A stretch of 64,000 nucleotides of DNA, taken from the NCBI GenBank assembly GCA_973895155.1, contig OZ316895.1, forward strand, positions 21,402,558 to 21,466,557, written 5' to 3'. The notes below the pieces were generated by a model, which was given only the letters and a program-made list of their open reading frames with translations, ran no database searches and was not told where the DNA came from. Source of the DNA: Marsupella aquatica. Taxonomy: Eukaryota > Plantae > Marchantiophyta. Positions 14,499 to 26,555 of the stretch are shown one piece after another; the stretch's first letter is position 1, and every line of letters starts with the position of its first letter. The translations under genes were made by a program, and so were the position numbers.

Positions 14499-14661
14499 GG
14501 GAGGAGCAGTAAAAGTAGTGTAAGAGCAGTACTGGTGTAAGACGAAGCGGCGGAGGCGATGGGGAGCCGGGGGCCGGGGCCGGGAGAGGCCACGAGCGGC
14601 ATTCGTGACGGACTACGGTACTTTCTGCGGCTGCCCGTACGGTACCCCGCCCGTCCCTTAG

Positions 14662-14938
14662 TAGTGTAGTGTAGTCTAGGGCCGTACGCTTGTCGACGTG
14701 AGTGATGAGCCTCATCACTTCGTCACTCATGCGACGGGGATGACCGTGGCTACTCGGGTACGGACGGACGGACTCGGCCCCTCCGGGCGGCAGCCCCGCG
14801 CCCGGGCAGACAAAACGGGCAGAGGAAACCGGGCAGATATAAAAACGGGCAGAGGCAACCGGGCAGATATAAAAACGGGCAGAGGCAACGGGGCAGATAT
14901 AAAAACTGGCAGCGGGCAGACAGACATACATTACACTA
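14662..14938. mobile_element. MITE, hAT-like, with 16-17 bp TIRs and 30-bp subterminal tandem repeats
   Basis: Left end TAGTGTAGTGTAGTCT; right end reverse complement TAGTGTAATGTATGTCT. CGGGCAGATATAAAAACGGGCAGAGGCAAC occurs about 3.5 times (14802-14920) and carries AAACGG motifs. No TSD found. Confidence 0.55.
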
Positions 14939-15389
14939 GGGCGTCTCATAAAGGAAAAAAATTGGCATCTCATGGGAGTCCCACAAGGCAATTGGGAGCA
15001 CTACAATAGGATACAAATGGGCAATTATTTTTTGCAATGCCCACCTATTTTTTGCATACTGCACCGGGAAACCTGCAAGGCAGTCGGGAGCACTACAACA
15101 AGGTTCAAACGGACAATAATTTTTGGGGGTACGCAAAAAAGAGTACCCTCACGACAGGTTGAATGCTATTGTGTAGTTATTGTGAAATCAGGGCCTTTTA
15201 TAGTCCCGGACATACGTTAATGGTCGGTTCTCACAATTGGTGCCCAACAAGTCATGATTATTGTCCCAAACTACAACACACCTGGGCGCAGTCAAAGAAG
15301 AAAAATGAAAGTATTTGAGACACCATATTATTTTGTTTTGTTTTGTAAACCCATTTCTAATGGAAATTGAAAGTAGGGGAAGAGGGCTA

Positions 15390-17910
15390 TATGGACATTT
15401 TGAAGGGAGCCTTTGTGAAAAATCATTAAGTGCCAACTCGCAGGAGATCATGCAGCCCTTTGTGCTCCGGATACTTTAGGGAAAATGTAGCACTTCCATG
15501 ATCATAAAATCTGACACAAATTCTGGTCTGTACTTTCCACAACTATTAGAGAGTTTGTAACAAGTGTATAGTTTTTGTTTTTTTTGTTTTTTTTTTTTTG
15601 GTGAGGTTTCCACAAGGGAAATGTTGGGACTTGCAAGGGCTGGAAACTTTCTGGTCCTTGCCCTTAGGACCCCACAAAACATGTCTGGCTCATGAGGGGG
15701 TCCTGCTAGAAATGTCTCGTTCATTCACATCCTCACACAACTCAAGGTAAGGATAGTGTTTTGAAAGATGATTCACATGCAAGTTGGCCCTAATTGGATT
15801 AAATCTTGGATATGGTCCCGCCACGGCAACTCCTCATCCGGGAAGACTGGCATCTTAAAAAGGACATAAGGAAAGGGACAGAAAAAACAGGCAGGCAGAA
15901 AAAGGGCAGAGAGAAGATGGACAGGCAGACATATATTATTTTTAGGAAAGGAAAAGAAGGGGAAAAGGGCTGTAGACATTTCGAAGGGAGCCTTCCTGAA
16001 AAATCATCAATTCTTGGATATGGTCCCACGACGGCAACCCCTCATTCGGACACCGGGAAACAGGCAGAAGAAAATGGGCAGCAGTAACCGGGCAGAGTAA
16101 ACGGGCAGCTTAAAATGAGCAGTGGGCAGGATGACATACATTTTTATTTTTTATTCTTTTTCTTGAAAGGAATACTTTACTCAGAGGACACATAAAAACC
16201 CAATAAAATGTGAGAGTAAAACAGCCAGACCACATGCCCCCAAGGATCAAAAGTCACCAGGAGCTCAAACACATCCCAACACATGGGGACAAGGGCAAAA
16301 GCAAATACAAGAATTGACGTAAATTATTTTTTTGTTGTTCTATGAAAGGAAAAGGAAACCAAAACTCCTTAATTGTTGGATATTGGGTCCCAATATTTGG
16401 TCCCACCATTCAATGTTGCTTGTTATACCCCACACTGCCTATCCAGCACACAAAGTTAAGCCATCAGAGTATACTTCTTTCACATTTTTTAGATCAGCTG
16501 GGCATGGGCAGACAGCAAAGAGAGGGGAGACCGGATTGACATTGGCACCGGGGAAAGGGTTCATAGGCCATCTCAAAGCTTTGAAATCACAGATGATGAC
16601 ATTTGGCTGTAAATGAATGGTCATAACTATTTCACAAGGTTCTGGAAAACTTTTTTGTTATTTCTGCCTTTGGAGTGACTCACGGTAACAGCATACAACT
16701 AGTCCTTATAGCAAAAAATTGTGGACAATGAAATCCATAGTCCATAACTTTGTGATTTCATAACCCATAACTAGGGACTTCAGGTCCATCAAATTGTCAA
16801 TCTTTGAGATGCCCTGATATATATATTCATTTGTTGGAGCACTCCCGTCATCTGCCAAACAGAGTGATTATGGCGGGCGTGGCTGGCCATAGCCAAAACT
16901 GGCCTCTCTTCCCTTTATCTCAAACATATATAGTAGCCTGGTCGTACCTTTTTCCCACTCTGCCCAGGTTCTCCTATACCCAACAAGTGGGTCTGTGAGG
17001 CCTTGAACTGCCCAACATCACGCCTCAACATCCAAGATTGAACGTGAGCACATCAATCCCACTTTTGTAAATGGTTGCACCTAAAGTTGAATGTATATGT
17101 TACTTTCAAATGAGCAGACCAGTGAGACTGACTCGAGCCTCAGGACAGCAACCCGTCACCCAGGCAGACAGGCACAGGAAATGGGCAGACTAAAGTGGGC
17201 AAGTGAAATGGGCAGAGGAAAGCAAACAGATATTGGGTGGGCTAGCATACATTATTTTGTTGTTGTTCAGGAAAATAAAAATACATATCTTATGCAAAAG
17301 AACAACAAGCACCTTCCAGGGAGACAGGGTCCCAACCAAAAAAGGAAAAGCATGAGAAAAGGCTTTGGACATTTTGAAAGAGCCTTCCAGCAGGGAAATT
17401 CAGTAATTGTTGTTGGATTTTGGGTCCCACCATTCAATGTTGCTTGTTTCACCACACTACCCACCAGACATAGAGAGTGAAGACATGAGAGCATATATCT
17501 TCACATGTCTGAATGCAGACATATACAAGCATGCAAAAAAAAATTAGGGCACTGGGATACAGATGGCAGGCAGCAGAAGGACGGGCTGGCATACATTATA
17601 TTGTTAGATTAGAGCATTCCCACCGGTCTGCCAAACAGAGCAGCCAGAGGTGTTCATGGTGTGCTTGGCTCTCGGTTTGGCTTGCCATAGCCAAAAATGG
17701 CCCAGTCCCACCCCTGTATTGCAAACATGGCAGCCTGGAAGAGCCTTTTCCCACTCTGCCCTGGCTCCCTTATACCTAACAATGGGGCTGGTGAGGCCCT
17801 TGCACTGACCATGCCTGGGTTTCCACAATTGGACATGAGCACATCAATCCCTCTAGGTGTAGATGGTTGCAAGCAAAGTCAAGTGTGCACAAATACTTTC
17901 AAATGAGTTC
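15390..17910. repeat. Cluster of diverged, rearranged repeat modules, probably from a non-autonomous DNA transposon family
   Basis: GACATTT(T/C)GAA(G/A)GAGCCTT recurs near 15393, 15975 and 17367. GGTCCCACCATTCAATGTTGCTTG recurs near 16399 and 17422. About 16835-17113 aligns with about 17610-17908. GGGCAG...CATACATT ends recur near 16135, 17245 and 17590. Confidence 0.7.
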
Positions 17911-19377
17911 ATCTTGGGGCAGGATTTGATGCAGGCACTTGCTGTCTTTTTCACTTCATTAAACCTTCAAACGGTAGGGTGGTTTTGGTGGTTTTGCATG
18001 TTCCAGTGGGAATGCTCTTACTGTCTGGGAGAAGGAGGAGCAGGGGGAAAAGGGCTATGTGATATAACAATCAAGGTTAGAAATTGGTTTTGAAGTAGTA
18101 ATCAAAGAATGATATAAACAGTAATAGTATTGTGATGGTTAAACATTCACTCAGGTTTTGGGCAAAAGTTGCACAATGAATTATCTAAATAATTGCATGT
18201 ATTATGGTTTTTCTGGACTTCATATATAACTAATGTACATGTACACAATTTGATGGTACATGAGCTAATTACACATCCCCGTTCTTTTACATGTACACTC
18301 ACATTGACTTACATGAAGCCCCATGAGTTTAGCAATGTTCACACATTAATTTTACATGTGTGTACACAAATGGTTATGTGATTTACAAACCTTTGAAATC
18401 AAGCTTGGGTTTTCAACTTAGTTCAAAGATTTCCAACTTGAAACTCAAGTGCTCAAGGTTGACGGATGGGCTAAGCAACCCAGGGATAAGTCTCACCATC
18501 TCTCACAATGCTTATCATGGAGTAATTAACAAACATAATTACAGTGGAATTTTTTGGTTCCAAGGTTAGAGTACATCTCAACTAAATATTAAATAAATAC
18601 AGAATTTACAGAAATTAAATGCCACTCTGCCTGATGGACTTCAACATTTGACAACTGATCCTTGATTGGACTAGGTCATTTTTAACCCCAAAAATCATGT
18701 GGGTTCTCTTAGTTCCTTTTCTGGTTAAGTGGAGTTGTGCTGGTCCATCCGGACACCTTATTAAACACTGAAGTCCATTATTAGAGTTCATCTTCCCACT
18801 ACACTGATTTAGGGCTTTAGTTTACTCTTGTTGGGAGCCATGGGCTTTAATATGCTACTTGGTTTTCTACAGTAAGGGGTCTTCCTATTCCCCCTCCCTA
18901 TATTGGGTCTCTTGCATTTGGGATCCCCTCCCGGCCACTTTGGGGCCTCTGTTCTTTAGCAGTGTGATCTATTTAACTAGTCACAAGAGCAGTTCCAAAT
19001 GCCTTCTAATTTCGGGTGACTTTATGGCTTGCAATTTTGCAAGAAGAGGGGTTCCAAAATCAAATCTTTACAAAACAATGACACAAAATTGAATATATTT
19101 GAAACCAAGGCTTGGCTACCTAGAGACTACATTTACTCACTTCTACGAGTCACGTGTTTTGCGATTAATTTTGTCTTGTAGCTGAGTGAACATTGACCAG
19201 AAACTGCCACTCCTTGAATGAAAAAATTCTAAGTGTCACTGGGTGCTAGTGAACTCCACTTTTGGGGAAGTATGTGTGTTAACTCTGGGGTAGAATAAAA
19301 AAAATACTAATGTGACTAGAGACCTCTGGACCCCACTTTGGCTATGGCGAGCCAAGCACACCATGAAAAAGGAAAAT

Positions 19378-19447
19378 GGCATAGGCGAGATTTGAACCTG
19401 TAACCTTTCTTGCCACACTCTTGCCATCTACCATCAGGTCGCAGCCT
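19378..19447 (-). other. tRNA-derived (SINE-head-like) relic
   Basis: The minus strand has an A-box-like GACCTGATGGTAG and a B-box GGTTCAAATCTC, followed by a T-rich tract. No cloverleaf acceptor stem. Confidence 0.35.
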
Positions 19448-20589
19448 GCTGAATGTTTAATATTGGATCGTTTGACATATTTAATTTCATTCTGCACGCA
19501 GCTAACCTGCACCTACCGGCTACCGGCAGCGACCACCTGTACAATGGACAATTTAACTCAATTACCGTGACTTACAGTAGGAAATCTAAGTTTGCTAGCG
19601 GAGTGGTGTATATTTAGGATTTTTTTCCTTGTATGAGGGGAAAACACGTTAATGAGTAGTTTTTTCCTCCCTACAGGCATTGTTTCCTGTTTGCTCACAC
19701 ACCACAACTACCCAACACTATTACATTTTTTTAAATAAATGTTACTTTCACTCTCATATCCTCACTTGTGGTAGGCCAAAAAAGTTTTCCAATTGGAGAA
19801 CTCGCAGGCAGGCGGGCAGCAAGTCCGGGCAGGAGCCTAATCCACTACTTCTTACTGTAGTTTTCCAAACTCGATGCATATCATCCTCCCCTACTTCCTA
19901 CCAAATGGTATAGGACCAGACACTAAACTACCACTTCTAAAGTGTATCTATACGCAGAAATATTTGTAATGAAATATGAACCTTTTGACACTTTCCATCC
20001 AATTTCTGGTTCAGGTGTACTTTTTAAACTGTTTTTGTACACTTTCTTTATTGTGTCCAGTTGTCCTTTAGTTCCTTTTCCACGTCATTCATGTGTATAT
20101 TAAAGGTGTTTCATGATCGCATCTATGGAAGGAGAAACCTAGATAGACACAATTGCTTGACAAGGTGCCAGGAGGGACTCATAGAATCCTGATAAACCCA
20201 AACCAAACATTCACTTCTACTCTCATGACACTACTTTTAGTATTTCAAGACTCTTGGTCCTGATTTGTTTACACTATGCAGTGTCCATCCTACTAGTCTC
20301 CAGAGCCAACCTGTGTGTCTATGAGATCTTTTCTTCCCATCGATTGGTGTCCAACAACGTGATTGCAATCAAGGGAAGTTATGAGGAATTTGTTTATTTA
20401 GACCGACACCGTTTGAGCCATCATGTTTTATCGTTCAAGGTGACATTTCTTTCTCTTCTTGTGTATTGTTTTTGGGTGACAAGAGCACAATGCAACATCA
20501 CACAATCATGATCCACGTCCTTCCATTCTGATTCCTACAGGAATTATAGAAAAGAGATTCGTTTCACAATCTTGAAGCATTTCAAATGG

Positions 20590-21700
20590 TTTTGCACTTT
20601 CCCCAGGAATCATTGATTTTAGTGGTCTGTTAGTATGTTCCATAAATTAGTGCTATTTGAGCGCACATGCTACTATTACTCACACTTGTCAAACTATTTC
20701 TGCAGTAACTCTAACTATATATGGCACATACTGCAGTATTGAAGAAGACACTAATTGATGGCAATCATGCAACCATCAAGGAAATCCAATGAACCTTCAA
20801 GCATGCATGAAACCATCAATGAATCTTGTTTTCAAATATACCCACACTATTTGGGTGTGGAAATGTGAGTTGAAAATGTTATGAAAAACACAGGACATTT
20901 TGGAAAATAACAGACACAGACTACATTAAATCAAGAGAGCCTAGCTAAACCATTTCATTCACACTAATAATTCATTGTTACAATTTCTACTGTGTGTTTG
21001 CACAAAGACTCATTGATATTATTGTTATACTAGTATGTTCTATAATTAGTGTTGCTTGAGCTCCAAACTTCTGTGCTTAGATCTTACGGTTACCCACACT
21101 ATTTCCACGGTAACCCTAACTATAGTAAATTGTTGAGTATGCAACAAGATACTAAAAAGGATCCCATTTTGGTCAGCATGACGACAATCAAGAGGAATTA
21201 GCAACTGATGCTTCAAGGATGCTGAAGCTTTCAACCATGACTCTTGTTGTCAGTTGTAGTCACACTATTTGGGTGTAGAAAATGTGGGTTGAACGTGTTA
21301 CTTAAAACAGAGGAATGATTGGATCTTACTATAGACAATGAACATGGTACGTACATCTAGAGAGCCTAACCAAACCATTGCATTCATATTAACCATTCAT
21401 TCATCCACTATTGATTGAATGTGTGGTTTCACTGGAATCATTGATACTGGAATTGAGCTGAAAACACTAATTATGGAACACTAAAATGATCCCAGTGAAA
21501 CCACACATTGATTAGTGTTTTCAGCTCCAAAACTTCTTGGCTTGCATAGTACTGTTAGTCACACTATTTACAGTGTCACATTGTTCTCTAGTAACACTAA
21601 CTAAGGTAAACAGTGTAGAATGGAACAAGACACTAAAGTAAATCTGATCATGGCTACGATCTAGGGATAAAGATGTTTGCAAGTTGCTGGTGACTTTCAA
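20590..21700. repeat. Diverged tandem repeat with 400-470 bp units (about 2.5 copies)
   Basis: CACACTATTTGGGTGT(G/A)GAAA near 20844 and 21261. ATTAGTG...GAGC/CAGCTCCAAA near 20646, 21045 and 21511. Confidence 0.7.
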
Positions 21701-23130
21701 GAGAGTGAGATAGATATAAGAGAATAGAATAGAGCTGGGTCCCAACCACACCCCACCATTCTAGAAAGCTAGGAAGTTTGATTTGACCTTTCAACATCTT
21801 GTTCGTACTTACACGTCAAATAGTGGCATTAATAGGCCTCTTGTTGTGTCCCTAGATATTGCAAAAAGGGTGGGGTGGATGTAATATAATGATTTCATTT
21901 GGCAATGGTGTAGTAGGTATATGGTATGCCCCACATACACCACTCGCTTTGTCTAGGAATATTCAAGAGTAGCTCACATGATTTTGTTTCAATGATGCTG
22001 GGTCAACCTGTTCTTTGGAGTTGTTAAGATCTTTTGTATTAAGGATACATTGTTATGAAAAGTAGAGGCTAAGAATACACTGATATCATCTTGGGTTTGC
22101 TTGAAATATTAATTTTTGTTGTTAAAATAAATAACGCAATGCCACAAAACTATTCTCCTGTTTTATTATTTAATACATTGAAAAGTCAGTGTTTACAACA
22201 CAATGCTAGGATGTTCTTTAAATTCACATTCCAAATTTTGTTAAGGGGTTTGGAAGCGTTCTAAAAAACTGTTAGTCAGGTCCAACATCTTAACAATTGT
22301 TCATTTTTTGTGGAACTGAGAGGACAATAAGGTAGGTCCTTCAAGATAAATATTTTCAGGTAAGGCAATGTGACAAGTCATAGGGAAACCGCCATTGAGC
22401 GAGACTTATATTTCTATCATATTGATTATTGTTGGAAATTAAAACCTTAAATGGACCAAGATGATTAACCTCGAGCTTATTAACCTCGAGCAAGACTTTT
22501 GACATTCAAAAGTAGGTCGTTAAAAGATAGCATTTTAGAGCAATCAATAAGGGTTGGAGTGCTTTGAACATATTGTCAAATATGATTAAAAGAGAAAATC
22601 GTTGACATACCATTGATCAAAATTTTGTTTTACCAAATTGATAAAAGTACTGTCTTCCCCACTTTTTTCTGGTGCCTGTCTACCTTATGTGCATGAGAAG
22701 ATCTGAGCCTATAAGCAGGAAGAGTAGATTAATGAAAATGACATTCTGCTTTGACTTGAACATGTGTAATTGTCTACCACTAATGTGTCCTTGTACTCTA
22801 CACAGAAACCCTTGAACTTTTGGTGATCATGTTTTTACATGATTTATCATACTCATGTCAGCTTAATCATTTTGGATATCTCCAGTTGGTGTTATCAGCA
22901 ACCTTCAACCATTTACATAACACCCTGTTAGTGACACTTAAAAAATCTTGGTGGGGATGCTTTCAGGGTCTTGTTCCTTTGGTGAATCAAACACTAGAGT
23001 CGCGATACATTTAGTGCAATGTTAAAGGCCCCACAGACTGCAGGCCTCCTTGGCTCCTCCATCTCCCCTGACTGCTTCCCCTGCCCAACTAGAGCTCTTT
23101 GTCTGCCCGCCTTTTGTTGAGCCCTATCCC

Positions 23131-23473
23131 TGTTAGGTATTTACTCAAGGTCTAGGGTTATGACATGTAACCATAGTTAGACTAACCGTAGTCAGAGACA
23201 TGGTTAGGTTAACTAGGATGCACACTATATGCCAAGCGGTGTTTGCTTAGATAAGTGGAACTTAGGTTCATTGTTATGGAGCCACTTGAGAGATGAGGAG
23301 AGCTTACACTGTGAAGACTTGGTATGGCCGACGGGCTTAGATTTCAGTAAAGTTCTCTTGTGTGTTCCCGTGGACGTAGCCTCAAGGAGGTGAACCACGT
23401 ATCTCTTGTGTCAACTACTTGTGCGTTGGATGTGTCATGTGCTTACCGTTACGAGTGTCGTCTATGTTCAACA
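23131..23473 (+). mobile_element. Solo LTR (343 bp), Ty1/Copia-type
   Basis: TGTTAG...TCAACA termini and a perfect 5-bp TSD ATCCC (23126-23130 and 23474-23478). The U5-like motif CCCGTGGACGTAGCC...GGTGAACCACGTA is typical of plant Copia LTRs. Confidence 0.85.
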
Positions 23474-23526
23474 ATCCCTCTCGCAATCCCTTGACCCTGC
23501 CTGAGCAAGGGCCTGATTTCCAACAG

Positions 23527-23616
23527 GGTCCTCTCTCCTGTCACCTACCCTTAGAGTCTGTAGTGGTAACTGGTCCTCTCTCCTGTCACCTACCCTTAGA
23601 GTCTGTAGTGGTAACT
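23527..23616. repeat. Perfect 45-bp tandem duplication
   Basis: GGTCCTCTCTCCTGTCACCTACCCTTAGAGTCTGTAGTGGTAACT twice. Confidence 0.95.
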
Positions 23617-25274
23617 TGGCCCTGCCAGTATTCACACATCTAAATGTGGACATATAAGATGTATTACATCCTCCATACCATGATAAATCTAGTTATGTTA
23701 ATTGTTCACAATTAAAGTGGTCATGCAAAAGTCTCGAGAAAGAATACTGAGAAAACTTCTTTGTCCCAACAAATTAATTGGTCACCTACAAAGGTATGGA
23801 AGCCACTACAAGGCGCTTTTCACAATTGAGAATGACAAACCAAGTTTCTCAAATAAAAAAAAAATTCCAGACTTTTTGCAGGTGACCATTTTAATTTTTC
23901 TGAACCAATAATATTTCTCAATAATTTTTTTCTGGTCTTTCTCTGATACTTACCCAAAACAAGTGTTTGCCCTCTAGTTTGGCCAAAAACACTTTTGCCC
24001 AGCATGTCCTCTCATATAAAGTTTTAGGCTGTCCTGACTGGGTTTTAATTTCCTCCTCATTTGCAGACACTTCCTGCTATTTTCCAGCTGCCAATTTTTG
24101 ATGGGTCAATTTGGGCATTGGACTCCATTTTTAAATATAAACTGTTTGTGCTAAGCCGATTATAGCCGTTCGTAAGATGCAAGCAAACATGAAGTTTTGC
24201 CAGTGAGGAAGAGCATTGCTAGCAAGTCACAACCGCAACCGCCTACCAGTTCAATATGAAGACAGGGAGTCTCTTTGGGCATCATGTCAATGAGGTCAGT
24301 AGTCTAGATATGACCTCCATGTACTCTACAAAGGTGTTCTCACAAGGGTAGATTCAAGTGCATTTGCAGGACTCGGCAGATGGTCAGCAACGAGTAGCCG
24401 AAAAGGAGTCCAAAAATGTGTTGTCAAAATGTGTTCCCAAAAATGAACAAAAGATTATGTTATTTGCAACCAAGCTTTTGGTTAGTTAGACTAAATTTAA
24501 TGCAAAGTAGTGGACATTTAAGGGTTTTGAAAAGTCCTTGCCACTGTTTCTTGAAATTTGCCAGAGTTTTTGTTTTAGTAGCCAATTTGACAAACGAGCC
24601 AGCCATAGACCCCACTAGTCAGAATCTGGTCATTATCCTTAAATCTAGGGCCATGTCACAATCAGAAACTAATCTAGTAGGAATAGATAAGTAATATTCT
24701 TAGCATGTTCTCCTTCACACAAGGTCACCCTGAAAAATAGCTAGGTTTTACGTACAATATCACTAAGACAATTGTGTTTAATTACAGCACTGTTTTTATT
24801 GTAGATTTTACAATGGAACAAATTTTTGGGACATTAATTATGTCCATAAACTACCTTACCTAGAGATGACTCATACATCTTTGTGCTGAAAGACGCACGA
24901 GAAAAATGAGTGAGCACTAAAAAAATTCATTTGATTTCAGTTGCACTAAAGTTATGCAAAAGTTTCTATAGACGGAAATTTGTTCATTAAACACTTTGAT
25001 TGCTTTTCTAAAATTGAACCAAAGTCTAGTCATGAGTTAGGGTGCACGGCTACTATATATTGACAAAGGGGGCATTACATCCGATCAATAAGCAAAAACG
25101 TTAGTACATTTCCAAGTTTCTAGAAAGTTCTGATTCAAAGTTGTCAGAACTAGGTTTCAAATCGAACATCCATATATGATAGGCTTGTTTGAGTTAAATT
25201 CTTAGTTTCAAATAAAACATCAGTATACGACAGGTATACTGTAGTTAAAAACCTCACCAAATAAACTGGTGACC

Positions 25275-26555
25275 AGCTTATTTTTTTGTGGCAAAAATTC
25301 CCCAAATTCAGCCTCCCCAAAAATCTTTCTCCACTTTTGGCAAAAATTTGCTACTATTTCTTTGTCTCATTGGCTACTGTTCCACATAATCTAAGGCCCC
25401 ATTAGCCAGAATCTAACTGTCAGCTTTAAATCCACTAGATCTGATAATCCGAAAATAATTGAACAATGAATCTTTTGAGCATCTTCTCTTTCACGAACTC
25501 AACATTCGCCACTCTGGCGAAAAAATAAAATCCCTTAAAAAAATATACTGCTGGGGACAATACCCTCAGATTACGAGTACAGTACCTGTGCCGTGTTACC
25601 CGGCCCGATATAGGGTGCGCCTGGATTTCTGGCAAGCCCTATATGGGCCCTGCCGTGCCCTGACGCTCACACGGCTCGCCTGCACTCCGTATTGTCTGTC
25701 GCACGATTCGCGTACTGCGCGCGAGACTGTGCGTTCAAGCCCCAAAAAATCTGGGCCTCAGTTTGGCACTCTTTTGCCTCTTTGGCTAATGGCGATTCAA
25801 ATCCTCGTTCCTGTCATTTATTGCGCTCTGGGCTTTGCGGTCTATTTCCCGCATCTTGCGGATAGCCTGACCCACCTATAATACCGGTAACGGATTGTAA
25901 AACAAAATAGCAATACCGATAAGGGCGGCCAGGGCGGGGCGCTGACTTTGGAGGCTATGGCCCAGTATCCAGGGTTTCTATTTTTGTGGTGGAAATTCAG
26001 ATTTTACACATCTCCAAAACGTTTGCGAGAATTTTCCGTGTTTATTTCCCATTAGCTACAATAGTTTCCCGCTTCGCAATAGACCCCTTTGGCCAAGATC
26101 TACGGTCACTCTTAACTGTAAGGAGATCGAACGGCCAGGAGATATTTCAGGAAAAAACAGATAACGAGTGTACCTATAAATGTTTTTTCTTTCACCAGGC
26201 TGACATTTGTCACACTAATCAAAACGTAAAAAGTACGCTGTCCTATCCCACCTCTACTCAGACACACAGACACTACACAGACACACAGGGGTGTTTATAA
26301 GGTTTTCTTTTTCTTTTTCCAGAGGTGGAATTATTTTCTTTTTCTTTTCCCAGGGGGGGAGTTATTCCTCATCTAATTTCTTAGGTTGGCTTCTGACTGT
26401 TGGATTTCCGTAGATTTAAGCATATCCATCAGACTCTGGCTAGTGGGTATGAAACTGGCTGATTAAAGACAAAAAGAGTCGCAATTTTTCTCCAAAAGTG
26501 GCAGAGTGGAAAAGTGATGGTGGAATTTGGCAAAATTTTGCCACCAGACTAAACC
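25275..26555. mobile_element. Foldback/MULE-like element with diverged inverted arms of about 170 bp
   Basis: About 25280-25445 matches the reverse complement of about 26395-26550 (GTGGCAAAA..CCAAATTC, CCACTTTTGG, CCCA(T/C)TAGCCAGA(A/G)TCT, TTAAATC). TSD not resolved. Confidence 0.55.

Noticed and set aside
12884-14946. 12-bp inverted match AGACGCCCTAGT / ACTAGGGCGTCT bracketing the WRKY promoter
   Set aside because: Short, does not extend and has no TSD; plausible by chance.
14308-15009. 227-aa and 103-aa ORFs with repeated peptides
   Set aside because: They are read-through of 30-bp and 20-bp tandem repeats in a MITE region, with no protein-family features.
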